This document shows, one piece after another, positions 8,338-18,217 of a stretch of DNA of 64,000 bases (within the stretch, counting starts at the first letter, position 1; each line of letters opens with the position of its first letter). The position numbers and the translations under genes are program-made. The notes below the pieces were generated by a model. It worked only from the letters and a program-made list of their open reading frames with translations. It had not been told where the DNA came from and did no database searches. This DNA is from Candidatus Fervidifonticultor secundus (GTDB lineage Bacteria > Sysuimicrobiota > Sysuimicrobiia > Sysuimicrobiales > Humicultoraceae): positions 32,001-96,000 of the forward strand of contig JAVKIP010000003.1 in NCBI GenBank assembly GCA_031459385.1, given 5' to 3'.

Positions 8338-9675
8338 GTGACGGCAGCCCCGCACCTGCCTCCCCTGTCCCCGGCCGATCCCCTCCCCGAGAGCGGCGTG
8401 CCTGCCCCAGGCGTTCCGGGGGCGGATCACGGGGCCCATGGGCGCCCGCGCCGCCCGTGGGTCCGGTGGCTGCTGTGGGGCACTCCTGCGCTGATCGTGA
8501 TCGTCGGCGGGCTGCTGGCAGGCCTCTACCTGTACCTCGTGGGTCAGGTGGCGGTGCGCGAGGTGACGGTGCGGCGGCCGCGCGTCCCCGCGTTCGCCTG
8601 GCCCCTGCGGCTCGTCGATCGCGTCAACGTCCTCGTCATCGGGACCGACATCACCCTGGACAACCGGCGACGTGTCCTGAACGTGGCGCGCGCCGACGCG
8701 CTGGCGCTCGTGACCTTCGACCCGGAGCGCGGCCGCATCGGTGTCCTCTCGATTCCCCGCGACACCCGCGCGGTGATCCCCGGCCACGGGGAGGCCAAGA
8801 TCAACGCCTCGTACGCCTATGGCGCGGCCGGGCTGACCATCCGTACGGTCGAGCAGCTGCTCGGCGTGCGCATCCCCTACTACGTCAAGCTGGGTCCGGA
8901 CTCGTTCGCCAGGATCATCGACGCGCTGGGCGGGGTCGAGGTCGAGGTGGAGAGGGACTTGAAGTACACCGACTCGTGGGCCGGCTACACCATCGACCTC
9001 CGCAAGGGCCGACAGCGCCTCACGGGCGAGCAGGCCACGGGCTACATCCGTTTCCGCCACGACGCCCTGGGGGACATCGGGCGTGTGGAGCGCCAGCATC
9101 GTCTGCTCGGGGCCCTGCTAGCGCAGCTCAAACAGCCGTCGACGCTGCTGGCGGCGCCCCGTCTGCTGCGGGCCGTGAGCGCGCACACGGACACGAACCT
9201 GCGCCCGGCCGAGTTGATGGCGCTCGGCGTCTTCGCCCTGCGCGTGCGCGACCACCCGCTGCAGGTGCACACGCTGCCCGGGACCTTCGCGCCCCTGTAC
9301 TGGGAGCCCGACCGCGCCCGGGTGCGCGCGCTCGTCGCCGACCTCTTCTACGGCGTCACCCTGGAGGAGGTGGCGGCGGTCCGCGTGGAAGTGCTGAACG
9401 CCAGCGGCACCACCAGGCTGGCCCGGCGCGTGGCCGAGCGCCTGGCGGGGCTGGGGGTCACCAGGATCCGCGTGGATCGCAGCCCCCGTCCTGCGGATGT
9501 CACCACGATCATCGACCGGACCGGGCGCCGCGGGCTCGTCCAGATGGTGGCGACGGCCCTGGGGGGAGCGGCGGTCCGCCGCGAGGCGCCCGCAGGCGAG
9601 CCTTCGATGACGATCGTCCTGGCCAGGGACGCAGCCCGCGTCCTCTCCGCCACGCCGTTTCGACGGACCGACTGA
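8338..9675 (+). CDS. LCP (LytR-CpsA-Psr) family protein with a C-terminal LytR_C domain
   Basis: TM helix, VNVLVIGTD, LSIPRDT, KINASY, YIRFRHD..GDIGRVERQ and VEVLNASG. Confidence 0.92.
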   Translation: MTAAPHLPPLSPADPLPESGVPAPGVPGADHGAHGRPRRPWVRWLLWGTPALIVIVGGLLAGLYLYLVGQVAVREVTVRRPRVPAFAWPLRLVDRVNVLVIGTDITLDNRRRVLNVARADALALVTFDPERGRIGVLSIPRDTRAVIPGHGEAKINASYAYGAAGLTIRTVEQLLGVRIPYYVKLGPDSFARIIDALGGVEVEVERDLKYTDSWAGYTIDLRKGRQRLTGEQATGYIRFRHDALGDIGRVERQHRLLGALLAQLKQPSTLLAAPRLLRAVSAHTDTNLRPAELMALGVFALRVRDHPLQVHTLPGTFAPLYWEPDRARVRALVADLFYGVTLEEVAAVRVEVLNASGTTRLARRVAERLAGLGVTRIRVDRSPRPADVTTIIDRTGRRGLVQMVATALGGAAVRREAPAGEPSMTIVLARDAARVLSATPFRRTD

Positions 9676-9767
9676 CCGGGGGCGACCGCACGCGCCGGGT
9701 TGACGCGCGCAGCGGCCGGACGGCACGCCGGTCGGCACGCTGTGCGACACGGCGGGCCGCACAAAAT

Positions 9768-9852
9768 GTCAGCGGCCGCCGCAACCGAGTTAGGCCGGGT
9801 CGCTCCCGAGGGAGTACCTCACTCCCACCTCAGCCGCCAGCAGACCGCTGAC
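9768..9852 (-). ncRNA. Candidate ~85-nt structured small RNA of unknown family
   Basis: 5' GUCAGCGGUC pairs with 3' GGCCGCUGAC. There is an inner 9-bp stem and two terminal hairpins, an AUUUU follows, and the RNA starts 7 nt after its own promoter. Confidence 0.6.
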
Positions 9853-9859
9853 GAGTTTC

Positions 9860-9888
9860 ACCCTATCACGGGACCTTCGGGCCGTCAA
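9860..9888 (-). promoter_or_regulatory. Sigma70 promoter with extended -10 driving the candidate sRNA
   Basis: TTGACG (9888-9883), 17 bp spacer ending in TGa, then TAGGGT (9865-9860). Confidence 0.65.
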
Positions 9889-11132
9889 TCCGAAACGGTC
9901 GTTCCCCTCCTGTGGATCGTGTGGACAGGTGGCGCCACCTGACGCACGAGCGCCGCGAGCCGCGCGATCCCGGCGCGAATCGCGTCCTCGGACGAGTAGG
10001 AGAAGTTCAGGCGCAGCGTGTTGCGGCCGCTGCCGTCGGCAAAGAACGCCTGGCCGGGGACGTACATCACGCCGGCATCCACCGCCGCGCGCAGCATCGC
10101 CCCGGCGTCGAGCCCCTCGGGCAGCCGCACCCAGAGGAACAGCCCGCCGTCCGGGCGCGTCCAGCTCACGCCTGCCGGCATCTCCTGCGTCAGCGCCTCC
10201 AGCATCACGTCGCGCTTGCGCCGGTACAGCGCCACCGTCGCAGGGAGACGTCGCAGCAGATCGCCCCGCCGCAGGAGCGCCGCTGCGATCGCCTGGGTGA
10301 GGGACGGGCTGCAGAGATCCATGGCCTGCTTGACAGTGACGCAGTGGGCCACGACCGGCTCAGGGGCGGCGATCCACCCGATGCGCAGGCCCGGCGCCAG
10401 CGTCTTGCTGAACGTGGACAGGTAGAGCGTGCGGGCCTCGCCGTCCAGTGCCGCGATGGGCGGAGGCGCGGTACCGGCGAACCGCAGCTCCCGGTAGGGG
10501 TTGTCCTCCACCACCAGGGCGCCAAACTCGCGGGCCAGGGCCAGCAGCTGCTCGCGCCGTGCGCGGCTCCAGGTGACCCCGGAGGGGTTCTGGAAGTCCG
10601 GCACCGCATACAGCAGTTTGATCCGGCGCCCCGCGCCCCGCAGGCGGTGCAGGGTCTCGGCCAGGCGGTCCACAGCGATGCCCTCGTCGTCCTGCGGGAC
10701 GCCCACCAGGTCGGCGCCGTAGGCGCGGAAGGCCTGCAGGCCGCCGAGGTAGGACGGCAGCTCCACCACCACGACATCGCCCGGATCCAGGAACACCTTG
10801 CCCACCAGATCCAGCGCCTGCTGGGACGATGTCGTGACCAGGACGTGCTCGCGGGTCAGGTGCAGCCCGTCCTTGGCCATCCAGGTCACGAGCTGGTCGC
10901 GCAGCACCGGGTCGCCCTCGGTGGGCCCGTACTGCAGGCAGAGCGCGGCCTCCGAGCCCAGGATCTCCTGCGTCACCTCCGCGATCTCGGCCACCGGGAA
11001 TGTGGACGGGTCGGGGAACCCGCCCGCGAAGGAGATGACGTCGCGCTGCCGGGACACCTTGAGCAGCTCGCGGATCAGCGAGCGTTCGGCCGTGCGGGTC
11101 AGGCGGGCAAAGAGTGCCTGGTAGTCGATCAT
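9885..11132 (-). CDS. PLP-dependent class I aminotransferase (LysN/ARO8-like)
   Basis: ISFAGGFPDP, PDFQNPSG, EDNPY, STFSKTLAPGLRIG (PLP lysine) and LRLNFS. Start placed at MIDYQ. Confidence 0.92.
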   Translation of the reverse strand: MIDYQALFARLTRTAERSLIRELLKVSRQRDVISFAGGFPDPSTFPVAEIAEVTQEILGSEAALCLQYGPTEGDPVLRDQLVTWMAKDGLHLTREHVLVTTSSQQALDLVGKVFLDPGDVVVVELPSYLGGLQAFRAYGADLVGVPQDDEGIAVDRLAETLHRLRGAGRRIKLLYAVPDFQNPSGVTWSRARREQLLALAREFGALVVEDNPYRELRFAGTAPPPIAALDGEARTLYLSTFSKTLAPGLRIGWIAAPEPVVAHCVTVKQAMDLCSPSLTQAIAAALLRRGDLLRRLPATVALYRRKRDVMLEALTQEMPAGVSWTRPDGGLFLWVRLPEGLDAGAMLRAAVDAGVMYVPGQAFFADGSGRNTLRLNFSYSSEDAIRAGIARLAALVRQVAPPVHTIHRRGTTVSD

Positions 11133-11178
11133 CGTGCCCTCCCGGGATGCTCCCCCGGGGTCTTCCCTGCCGGCGGCG

Positions 11179-12054
11179 TCATTCCCTGTCCCTGGCATCG
11201 GCCAGGCGCGCGAACTCCTCGACCGAGAGCGTCTCGCCGCGCCGCCGCGGGTCGATGTCCGCCCGCGCGCACCAGGCCACCACATCCGCGGCGGTCAGGC
11301 GCCGCTCGCCGACCTGCCGCAGCGCGGCCCGCAACATCTTGCGCCGCTGCGCGAACGCGGCCCGGGCCACAGCCACGACATCTGCGAGACGGTCGGGGGA
11401 CCGGATCGGCTGCGGGCGCACGTCCAGGCGGACGACCGCCGAGCGCACGCGCGGCGCCGGGTAGAAAGCGGTCCGCGGCACCCGTGCCACCAGCGCCGCA
11501 CGCGCGTACGCGTGCACGAGCACCGTCAGCAGACCGTAGGCGGGCTGGCCGGGCGCTGCCAGCAGGCGGTCGGCCACCTCCTCCTGCACCATCACCACCA
11601 GCCGGCGCCCCGTGCCGGTTTCGAGCAGGCGGACCAGCAGCGGCGACGCAATCGAGTAGGGCAGGTTGGCGACCACCGCCGTGGGCGCCCACGGCAGCCC
11701 GATCCAGGGCAGGGCCAGGGCGTCGCCGTGCACGACGTGCACCCGCGGCTCCCGCGCACAGACCGCTCGCAGCACCGACACCAGCCGCGGATCCACCTCG
11801 ACGGTGATCACGCGCGCGCCGGTGCGGGCCAGCGCCGTGGTCAGCGTGCCGATGCCGCCGCCGATCTCCAGGACGACGTCGTCGGGGTCCAGGCCTGCAG
11901 CCGCCACGATCCGGTCGAGGAGCCGCCGGCTGACCAGGAGGTGCTGGCCACGCGCGGGCCGCAGCCGCAGGCCGAACGTGCGCAGCACCGTGGCGGCGCC
12001 GGCGCGGCTGGCGAGGTCGAGGTCAGGAGGGAGCGCCGGGGCGCCGGCGGTCAA
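11179..12054 (-). CDS. rsmA: 16S rRNA m6,2A1518/1519 dimethyltransferase
   Basis: GQHLL, VLEIGGGIGTLT, VVANLPYSI, MVQEEVADRL, AFAQRRKML, RRGETLS. Confidence 0.95.
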   Translation of the reverse strand: MTAGAPALPPDLDLASRAGAATVLRTFGLRLRPARGQHLLVSRRLLDRIVAAAGLDPDDVVLEIGGGIGTLTTALARTGARVITVEVDPRLVSVLRAVCAREPRVHVVHGDALALPWIGLPWAPTAVVANLPYSIASPLLVRLLETGTGRRLVVMVQEEVADRLLAAPGQPAYGLLTVLVHAYARAALVARVPRTAFYPAPRVRSAVVRLDVRPQPIRSPDRLADVVAVARAAFAQRRKMLRAALRQVGERRLTAADVVAWCARADIDPRRRGETLSVEEFARLADARDRE

Positions 12055-13067
12055 CGCGACGCGCGGGATGGGGCAGGGGTGGACAGGATGTAGACGCGCA
12101 CCGGTCGCCGGCCGAACCGGATCGCCTCACGGGCCGTGTTGAACCCCAGGTCGATGCGGTGCCCCTTGATGGCGCCGCCGGTATCGCCGGCGATGGCGAC
12201 GCCGTACCCCTCGATGTAGAGCCGCGCCCCCAGGGGGATCACGCGGGGATCCACGGCGACGACCCCATAGCCGGCGCGCATGCCCGTCGCGGTGACATCG
12301 TCCACTCCCCACCCGGTCCACGGTGCGTATCCCGTGGCTTCCATGTGGAGGATCTCCTTGCCCGCGAACTCCCCGCGCGAGGCGACCATCCGCCGGGTGC
12401 CGACGTGCACGATCCGGGCGTGCGGGGGCTGGACCAGCACGTGCCCCACGTCGCGCCGGCCGATGACGACGCCGTCGGCAAGGGTCACGGCCACGCGCCG
12501 CAGGCGCAGCCCGGGCCGGCCGGGCTGCACGACGCGCATCAGCCCCCGCGGCAGCCCGTCGTCGGGACGCAGCACGCGTCCCGGGCGCACCCGCTCCACC
12601 TCCTCGACGATGCGGGTCTCGATGCGGACGACACGGACCAGAGCGCCTGGGACCAGGGCGACGTCCCGAGCAGGGAAGACCCGATCACCAGGCCGGACCA
12701 CCAGCCCGCCGGGGCGCTCGGCGAGGAGTTCGTCCACGGTCTCCGCCGCGCTCAGCACGCGGTACTGCGTCCGGCCGACCGCGACGGTCACGGGGACGGC
12801 GCGCCGCACGCGAAGCGTCGTGCCCGAAGCCACGGGCGTCGCGCGCGGAGGCCGCACGCGGTCGTGCGGCCCGAGCCGTACGCCGGCGTCGGTCAGCACC
12901 TCGTCCACCGTGGCCCGCCAGGTCAGGATCACGCGGGAGGTGGCGTCGGTGACGACGACGACGGCCTTGTAGGCGTCCGTCAGGGCTGCCGTGCTGATGG
13001 CGGTGACGAGCGTGGAGAGCACCCATACCAGCCCGAGGCGCCGTGCGGAAGCGCTCAAGCCTCTCAC
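12051..13067 (-). CDS. YabE/RpfB-like cell wall protein (DUF348 repeats, G5, 3D domain)
   Basis: TVDEVL..AGVRLGPHDRV repeats, G5-like segment, and 3D motif VAVDPRVIPLG..AGDTGGAIKGHRIDL. Confidence 0.88.
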   Translation of the reverse strand: MRGLSASARRLGLVWVLSTLVTAISTAALTDAYKAVVVVTDATSRVILTWRATVDEVLTDAGVRLGPHDRVRPPRATPVASGTTLRVRRAVPVTVAVGRTQYRVLSAAETVDELLAERPGGLVVRPGDRVFPARDVALVPGALVRVVRIETRIVEEVERVRPGRVLRPDDGLPRGLMRVVQPGRPGLRLRRVAVTLADGVVIGRRDVGHVLVQPPHARIVHVGTRRMVASRGEFAGKEILHMEATGYAPWTGWGVDDVTATGMRAGYGVVAVDPRVIPLGARLYIEGYGVAIAGDTGGAIKGHRIDLGFNTAREAIRFGRRPVRVYILSTPAPSRASR

Positions 13068-13214
13068 CTCCGATCGGGCTGCCTGTCAGGGTCGGCCGGG
13101 CCGTGGGAGTGCGCCCGCCCGCGCACCGCCAGCCGGCGCGCAGCAGCAACACGGCGCGCCGCTGCGATCTCCCGCTGTGCATGAATGCGTCACTGAGATG
13201 CGGAGACTACGACC

Positions 13215-13243
13215 AGTATAGGAACTCGTGGGGCGACCCGCAA
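13215..13243 (-). promoter_or_regulatory. Sigma70 promoter for the 3D protein-rsmA operon
   Basis: TTGCGG, 17 bp spacer, TATACT. Confidence 0.7.
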
Positions 13244-13270
13244 GGGACGCCGGGGCCGTCACCGCACCAG

Positions 13271-13681
13271 CTACTGTCCGCGGTCTTCCACCAGTTCCAC
13301 CAGCACGCCGTGCAGGTCGCGGGGATGGAGGAAGGCCACGCGCATCCCGTGGGCGCCCGGTCGGGGCGCCCCATCCACCAGTGCCAGACCTGCCGCGCGT
13401 GCCCGGGCCAGGGCCGCCGCCACATCGGGCACCGCGAACGCCAGGTGATGCAGACCCTCACCCCGGCGCGCGATGAAGCGCGCCACGGGCCCACGGCCGT
13501 CCAGCGGCTGCAGCAACTCCAGCAGGACGGTGCCGGCGGGCACGAAGAGCACGGCGACCGCATCGTGCTCCAGGTGTTCGGGGGCGCCGGGCTGCAAACC
13601 CAGCGTCTCGCGATAGAAGCGCGCCGCCGCCTCGAGGTCCCGCACGGCGATGCCGACGTGGTGCAGCCGCATGGCCGTCAC
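13271..13681 (-). CDS. mce: Methylmalonyl-CoA epimerase (VOC family)
   Basis: LHHVGIAV, LELLQP, RGEGLHHLAF, AFLHP..GVLVELVE. GTG at 13681 overlaps the meaB stop; ATG 13672 is an alternative start. Confidence 0.92.
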   Translation of the reverse strand: MTAMRLHHVGIAVRDLEAAARFYRETLGLQPGAPEHLEHDAVAVLFVPAGTVLLELLQPLDGRGPVARFIARRGEGLHHLAFAVPDVAAALARARAAGLALVDGAPRPGAHGMRVAFLHPRDLHGVLVELVEDRGQ

Positions 13682-14628
13682 CGGGACGCGCCGGCCTGCA
13701 GCAGCCGGTCGGCCGCGGCATGCGGGTCGAGTTCCCCGGTGGCTACGCGGGCGGCCAGGTCCTCGAGCAGCGCGGCGGTGGCGTGCAGCACCCGCGCGCG
13801 CAGTCGCGCTTCGGCGATGCGCAGGATCTCGCGCTGCCAGTGCGCCCGTCGCCGGGCCTGCAGCGCGCCGGTGCGCTCCAGGTGCGCCCGGTGCTCGCTC
13901 AGCGCGGCCAGCACGGCCCCCACGCCTTCGCCGGTCGTGGCCACGGTCGTGAGCACCGGCGGGCGCCAGCCCGCAGCGGGCAGCAGGTGCACGACCAGCT
14001 GCAGGTCGCTCACGAGCCGGCTGGCCTCGGGCCGGTCGGCCTTGTTCACGACGAACAGGTCGGCGATCTCCATGACGCCCGCCTTCAGCGTCTGGATGGC
14101 GTCGCCCATGCCGGGGGCGGCCACCACCACCACGGTGTCGCATGCGGACACGACGTCCACCTCGGCCTGGCCGGTGCCGACCGTCTCCACGAGGATCGTG
14201 GTCGCGCCCCACGCGTCCAGGATCGCCACGGCATCGCCGGTGGCCGGCGCCAGCCCCCCGAGGCTCCCCCGCGTCGCCATGGAGCGCACGAACACCTCGG
14301 GATCCGTGCTGTGATCCATCATGCGAATCCGGTCGCCGAGCAGCGCGCCGCCGGTGAAGGGGCTCGTGGGATCGATGGCGACCACCGCAACCCGCTGGCC
14401 GGCCTGCCGCAGGCCGCGGATCGCGGCGTTCACCAGGGTGCTCTTGCCCGATCCGGGCGGGCCGGTGACGCCGACGACGTGGGCGCGGCCCGTGTGGGGA
14501 TGCAGCGCAGCCCGGGCGTCCCGCGCCGTCGCGCCGTCGTTCTCTACCAGCGAGATGAGCCGCGCGGCGGCCTGGGCCGACCCGGCCAGCACGGCGTCGG
14601 CGAGCCGGCGGGCGACCTCGGCGCTCAC
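13678..14628 (-). CDS. meaB: Methylmalonyl-CoA mutase-associated GTPase
   Basis: [39 protein letters not shown]. Confidence 0.95.
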   Translation of the reverse strand: MSAEVARRLADAVLAGSAQAAARLISLVENDGATARDARAALHPHTGRAHVVGVTGPPGSGKSTLVNAAIRGLRQAGQRVAVVAIDPTSPFTGGALLGDRIRMMDHSTDPEVFVRSMATRGSLGGLAPATGDAVAILDAWGATTILVETVGTGQAEVDVVSACDTVVVVAAPGMGDAIQTLKAGVMEIADLFVVNKADRPEASRLVSDLQLVVHLLPAAGWRPPVLTTVATTGEGVGAVLAALSEHRAHLERTGALQARRRAHWQREILRIAEARLRARVLHATAALLEDLAARVATGELDPHAAADRLLQAGASR

Positions 14629-16217
14629 ACCACCACGGGCGGTCGGTACGTGGAGAAGACGCCCCGCAGCGCGTCGCAGATCTCGCCCACCGTCGCGTAC
14701 GCCTCCACGGCGTCGAGGATGTAGGGCACGAGGTTATCGCGCCCGCGCGCCGCCTCGCCCAGGCGGCGCAGCGTGCGCGCGACGGCGCCGCCGTCGCGCC
14801 CGGCGCGCACCTGTCGGAGCCGCGCCTGCTGGCGCGCCACCACCTGCGGGTCGACGCGCAGCGTCTCCACCCGGGCCGGCGTGGCGCTCTGGAACCGGTT
14901 GACCCCGACCACCACCTTGTCCCCGCGCTCGATGGCCTGCGCCTCGCGGAAGGCGCTCTCGGCGATCTCGCGCTGGATCAGGCCCGCCTCGACCGCCCGG
15001 AGCACGCCGCCTGCGGCCTCCACCTGCTGGATGCGCTCGCGGGCCCGGCGTTCGATCTCGTCGGTGAGACGCTCGATGAAGTACGCGCCGGCCAGAGGGT
15101 CGGCGGTGGCGGCTGCGTCGGTCTCGTAGGCGATGATCTGCTGCGTGCGCAGGGCCAGCAGCGCGGCGTCCTCGGTGGGCAGGCCCAGGGCTTCGTCGCG
15201 GGCGTTGGTGTGCAGCGACTGCGTGCCGCCCAGCACCGCTGCCAGCGCCTGGAGCGTGACGCGCACGACGTTGTTGTCGGGCTGCTGGGCCGTGAGCGCC
15301 GCGCCGGCAGTCTGCGTGTGGAACCGCAGCATCGCCGCCCGCGGCTCGGACGGGGCAAACCGCTCACGCACCAGCCGGGCCCACAGGCGCCGCGCCGCGC
15401 GGAACTTCGCCACCTCCTCGAGCACCGGCATCTGGGCCGCGAAGAAGAACGACAGCCGGGGGCCGATCTCGTCGACGCCCAGGCCGGCGTCCACCGCGGC
15501 CTGCAGGTAGGTCAGCCCGTTGGCCAGCGTGAACGCCACCTCCTGCACGGCGGTGGCACCGGCCTCCCGGATGTGGTATCCGCTGACGCTGATCGGGTTC
15601 CATCGGGGCAGGTGCCGCGCGCAGTAGGCGCAGAGATCGGTGACCAGGCGCAGGGACGGGCCCGGCGGATAGATGTAGGTGCCGCGGGCGATGTACTCCT
15701 TGAGGATGTCATTCTGCGTCGTCCCGTCGATGCGGTCGCCGGGCACGCCCTGCTTGCGCGCCACGGCCACGTACATCGCCAGCAGGATCGCCGCGGTGGC
15801 GTTGATGGTCATGGAGGTCGAGACGCGATCGAGCGGGATGCCGTCCAGCAGGACCTCCATGTCGGCCAGCGAGTCGATGGCGACGCCGACCTTCCCCACC
15901 TCGGGCTCGGCCAGGGGATGATCGGAGTCGTAGCCCATCTGCGTCGGGAGGTCGAACGCAATCGACAGGCCCGTCTGGCCCTGAGCCAGCAGATACCGGT
16001 AGCGCCGGTTGGACTCCTCGGCCGTGCCGTAGCCGGCGTACTGCCGCATCGTCCACAGCCGGCCACGGTACATCGTGGGGTAGATCCCCCGCGTGAAGGG
16101 AAACTGTCCGGGCGCACCCAGGTCGCGCGCGTAGTCCACGCGCACGTCGTCGGGGCCGTAGACCACGGCCAGGGGCATCCCGTCGGTGGTAGTCACCTGG
16201 CGCGTGTCCTGGCTCAT
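14625..16217 (-). CDS. Methylmalonyl-CoA mutase, substrate-binding (alpha) subunit without a B12 domain
   Basis: [56 protein letters not shown]. No DXHXXG motif. Confidence 0.93.
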   Translation of the reverse strand: MSQDTRQVTTTDGMPLAVVYGPDDVRVDYARDLGAPGQFPFTRGIYPTMYRGRLWTMRQYAGYGTAEESNRRYRYLLAQGQTGLSIAFDLPTQMGYDSDHPLAEPEVGKVGVAIDSLADMEVLLDGIPLDRVSTSMTINATAAILLAMYVAVARKQGVPGDRIDGTTQNDILKEYIARGTYIYPPGPSLRLVTDLCAYCARHLPRWNPISVSGYHIREAGATAVQEVAFTLANGLTYLQAAVDAGLGVDEIGPRLSFFFAAQMPVLEEVAKFRAARRLWARLVRERFAPSEPRAAMLRFHTQTAGAALTAQQPDNNVVRVTLQALAAVLGGTQSLHTNARDEALGLPTEDAALLALRTQQIIAYETDAAATADPLAGAYFIERLTDEIERRARERIQQVEAAGGVLRAVEAGLIQREIAESAFREAQAIERGDKVVVGVNRFQSATPARVETLRVDPQVVARQQARLRQVRAGRDGGAVARTLRRLGEAARGRDNLVPYILDAVEAYATVGEICDALRGVFSTYRPPVVV

Positions 16218-16744
16218 ACGCCCCCACCGGGGTGGGCGCCGCTCGCGTGCAGCACGACCAGCACCTGCGCGCCGGCGACCTCCTGGCCGGGTCGCACGCG
16301 CACCTCGCCGACCCGTCCGGCCGCAGGTGCCGGCACCTCCATCTGCATCTTCATGGCTTCGACGACGGCCACCGCCTGGCCCGCCGTCACTGCCTGACCC
16401 GGCGCGACGGGCACGGCCACCACCAGTCCCGGCATCGGCGCGTGCACCTCCACGGCCCGGGCGCTGGCCGCCGCCGCCGCCCGCCGCGACGGCACCGGCA
16501 GCGCGCGCCGCACCGTCAGGTCCGCGCGCGCCGGGCCCACGGTGACGCGCAGCCCTTCCTGGTGGGGGCGGATCCGGACAGCCCACCGCTGGCCATCGGC
16601 CTCCAGGCGCCACCACTCGGCGCCTGCCAGCCGGTGGAGCCGCACGTGCCGGCGGGTCTCGCCCCACGCCACGACCAGCGCGTCCGCGTCCTCGCCCACC
16701 GCCACCCTGTGGAGCCGGCCTGCCAGTGCGACCTCCACGATCAC
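16214..16744 (-). CDS. Biotin carboxyl carrier protein of acyl-CoA carboxylase
   Basis: APMPG and the EAMKM biotinylation motif. GTG overlaps the upstream stop. Confidence 0.9.
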   Translation of the reverse strand: MIVEVALAGRLHRVAVGEDADALVVAWGETRRHVRLHRLAGAEWWRLEADGQRWAVRIRPHQEGLRVTVGPARADLTVRRALPVPSRRAAAAASARAVEVHAPMPGLVVAVPVAPGQAVTAGQAVAVVEAMKMQMEVPAPAAGRVGEVRVRPGQEVAGAQVLVVLHASGAHPGGGV

Positions 16745-18207
16745 CGCAGCGCCTCCTCGCGCGCGGCGGCGACCCAGCGCAAGCCCGCACCATCCGCCGG
16801 CAGCAGCGGCGCGGTCAGCTGTCGGTAGAACCACGCGGCTGCGGCCAGCACGGCCACGTCGTCGATCTCCCCGGCGCCCCATGTCTCGGCGAACCGCACG
16901 TCGTAGGTGCCGGCCTGGAACACGGGTTGCTCGAGCGCCCACAGGTGGAAGGGGATCGTCACATCGACGCCCGAGATGTAGTACTCCGACAGCGCGCGGC
17001 GCATGCGGGCCAGCGCCACCTCGCGGCGCGGCCCCCAGGCAATGACCTTGGAGAGCAGCGGATCGTAGTGGCGCGAGACCCGCTGGCCGACCCACAGCCC
17101 ACTGTCCACGCGGATGCCCGGACCGGCCGGCTCCACGAGACCGTCGATCACGCCCAGCGACGGCAGGAACTGCGCATGCGGGTCCTCGGCGCTGATGCGG
17201 CACTCCAGCGCCGCGCCCTGCCAGGCGACGTCTTCCTGCCGCAGATCCAGGGGCCAGCCTGCGGCGAGCTGGATCTGCCAGGCGACCAGGTCGCATCCGG
17301 TCACCACTTCGGTGACGGGATGCTCCACCTGCAGGCGGGCGTTAACCTCGATGAAGTAGAACTGGTCGCCGTCGAGGAGGAACTCCATGGTGCCGGCCCC
17401 GCGATAGCCCAGGGCGCGCGCCACCGCCACCGCTGCCTCGCCCAGGGCCGCGCGCGTCGCCGGCCGCAGCCCCGGCGCCGGCGCCTCCTCGATCAGCTTC
17501 TGGTGCCGCCGCTGCACCGAGCACGCGCGCTCGCCCAGGTGCACGACGCGGCCCGCGGCATCGGCCAGCACCTGGACCTCGACGTGGCGGGGCGCTTCCA
17601 GCCATCGCTCCAGGTAGACCCGGGGGTCGCCGAACGCGGCCTGTGCCTCGCCGCGGGCCAGCCGCAGCGCCGCGGGCAGCTCGTCCGGCGCCCCGACATG
17701 GTGAATGCCCTTGCCGCCGCCGCCGCCCACGGCCTTGATGAGCAGGGGGAACCCCAGGCGCGCGGCCTCGCCCGCGGCCTCCTCGTCGGTCACCGGCCCG
17801 GTGCCCGGGAGCACCGGGACGCCGGCCGCCGCGGCCGCGGCGCGCGCCGCGGCCTTGTCGCCGCAGCGGGCCAGCACCTCCGACGGCGGGCCGATGAAGG
17901 TCAGCCCGGCGGCCTCGCAGGCAGCCGCGAAGGCCGGGTTCTCGGCCAGGAACCCGTAGCCCGGATGCACCGCGTCGGCGCCGTGGCGGCACGCGAGGTC
18001 AACGAGCAGCGGCAGGTTGAGGTAGCTCTCGGCCGGCGCGTCGCCGGGCAGCGGCAGCGCGGCATCCGCCATCCGCACGTGCGGGGCGCCGGCGTCCACC
18101 GGCGCGTAGACCGCCACCGGCGCCACGCCCAGGTCGCGGCACGCCCGGACGATCCGCACCGCGATCTCCCCTCGATTGGCGATCAGTAGGCGGCGAACCG
18201 GCCGCAT
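16741..18207 (-). CDS. Biotin carboxylase subunit of acyl/propionyl-CoA carboxylase
   Basis: [54 protein letters not shown]. Confidence 0.95.
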   Translation of the reverse strand: MRPVRRLLIANRGEIAVRIVRACRDLGVAPVAVYAPVDAGAPHVRMADAALPLPGDAPAESYLNLPLLVDLACRHGADAVHPGYGFLAENPAFAAACEAAGLTFIGPPSEVLARCGDKAAARAAAAAAGVPVLPGTGPVTDEEAAGEAARLGFPLLIKAVGGGGGKGIHHVGAPDELPAALRLARGEAQAAFGDPRVYLERWLEAPRHVEVQVLADAAGRVVHLGERACSVQRRHQKLIEEAPAPGLRPATRAALGEAAVAVARALGYRGAGTMEFLLDGDQFYFIEVNARLQVEHPVTEVVTGCDLVAWQIQLAAGWPLDLRQEDVAWQGAALECRISAEDPHAQFLPSLGVIDGLVEPAGPGIRVDSGLWVGQRVSRHYDPLLSKVIAWGPRREVALARMRRALSEYYISGVDVTIPFHLWALEQPVFQAGTYDVRFAETWGAGEIDDVAVLAAAAWFYRQLTAPLLPADGAGLRWVAAAREEALR

Positions 18208-18217
18208 CCCGATCCGC

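Noticed and set aside
9768..9852. Assigning the structured RNA as tRNA, SRP, 6S or tmRNA
   Set aside because: There are no TpsiC/D loops or CCA, no SRP domain-IV motif, and it is too short for 6S or tmRNA.
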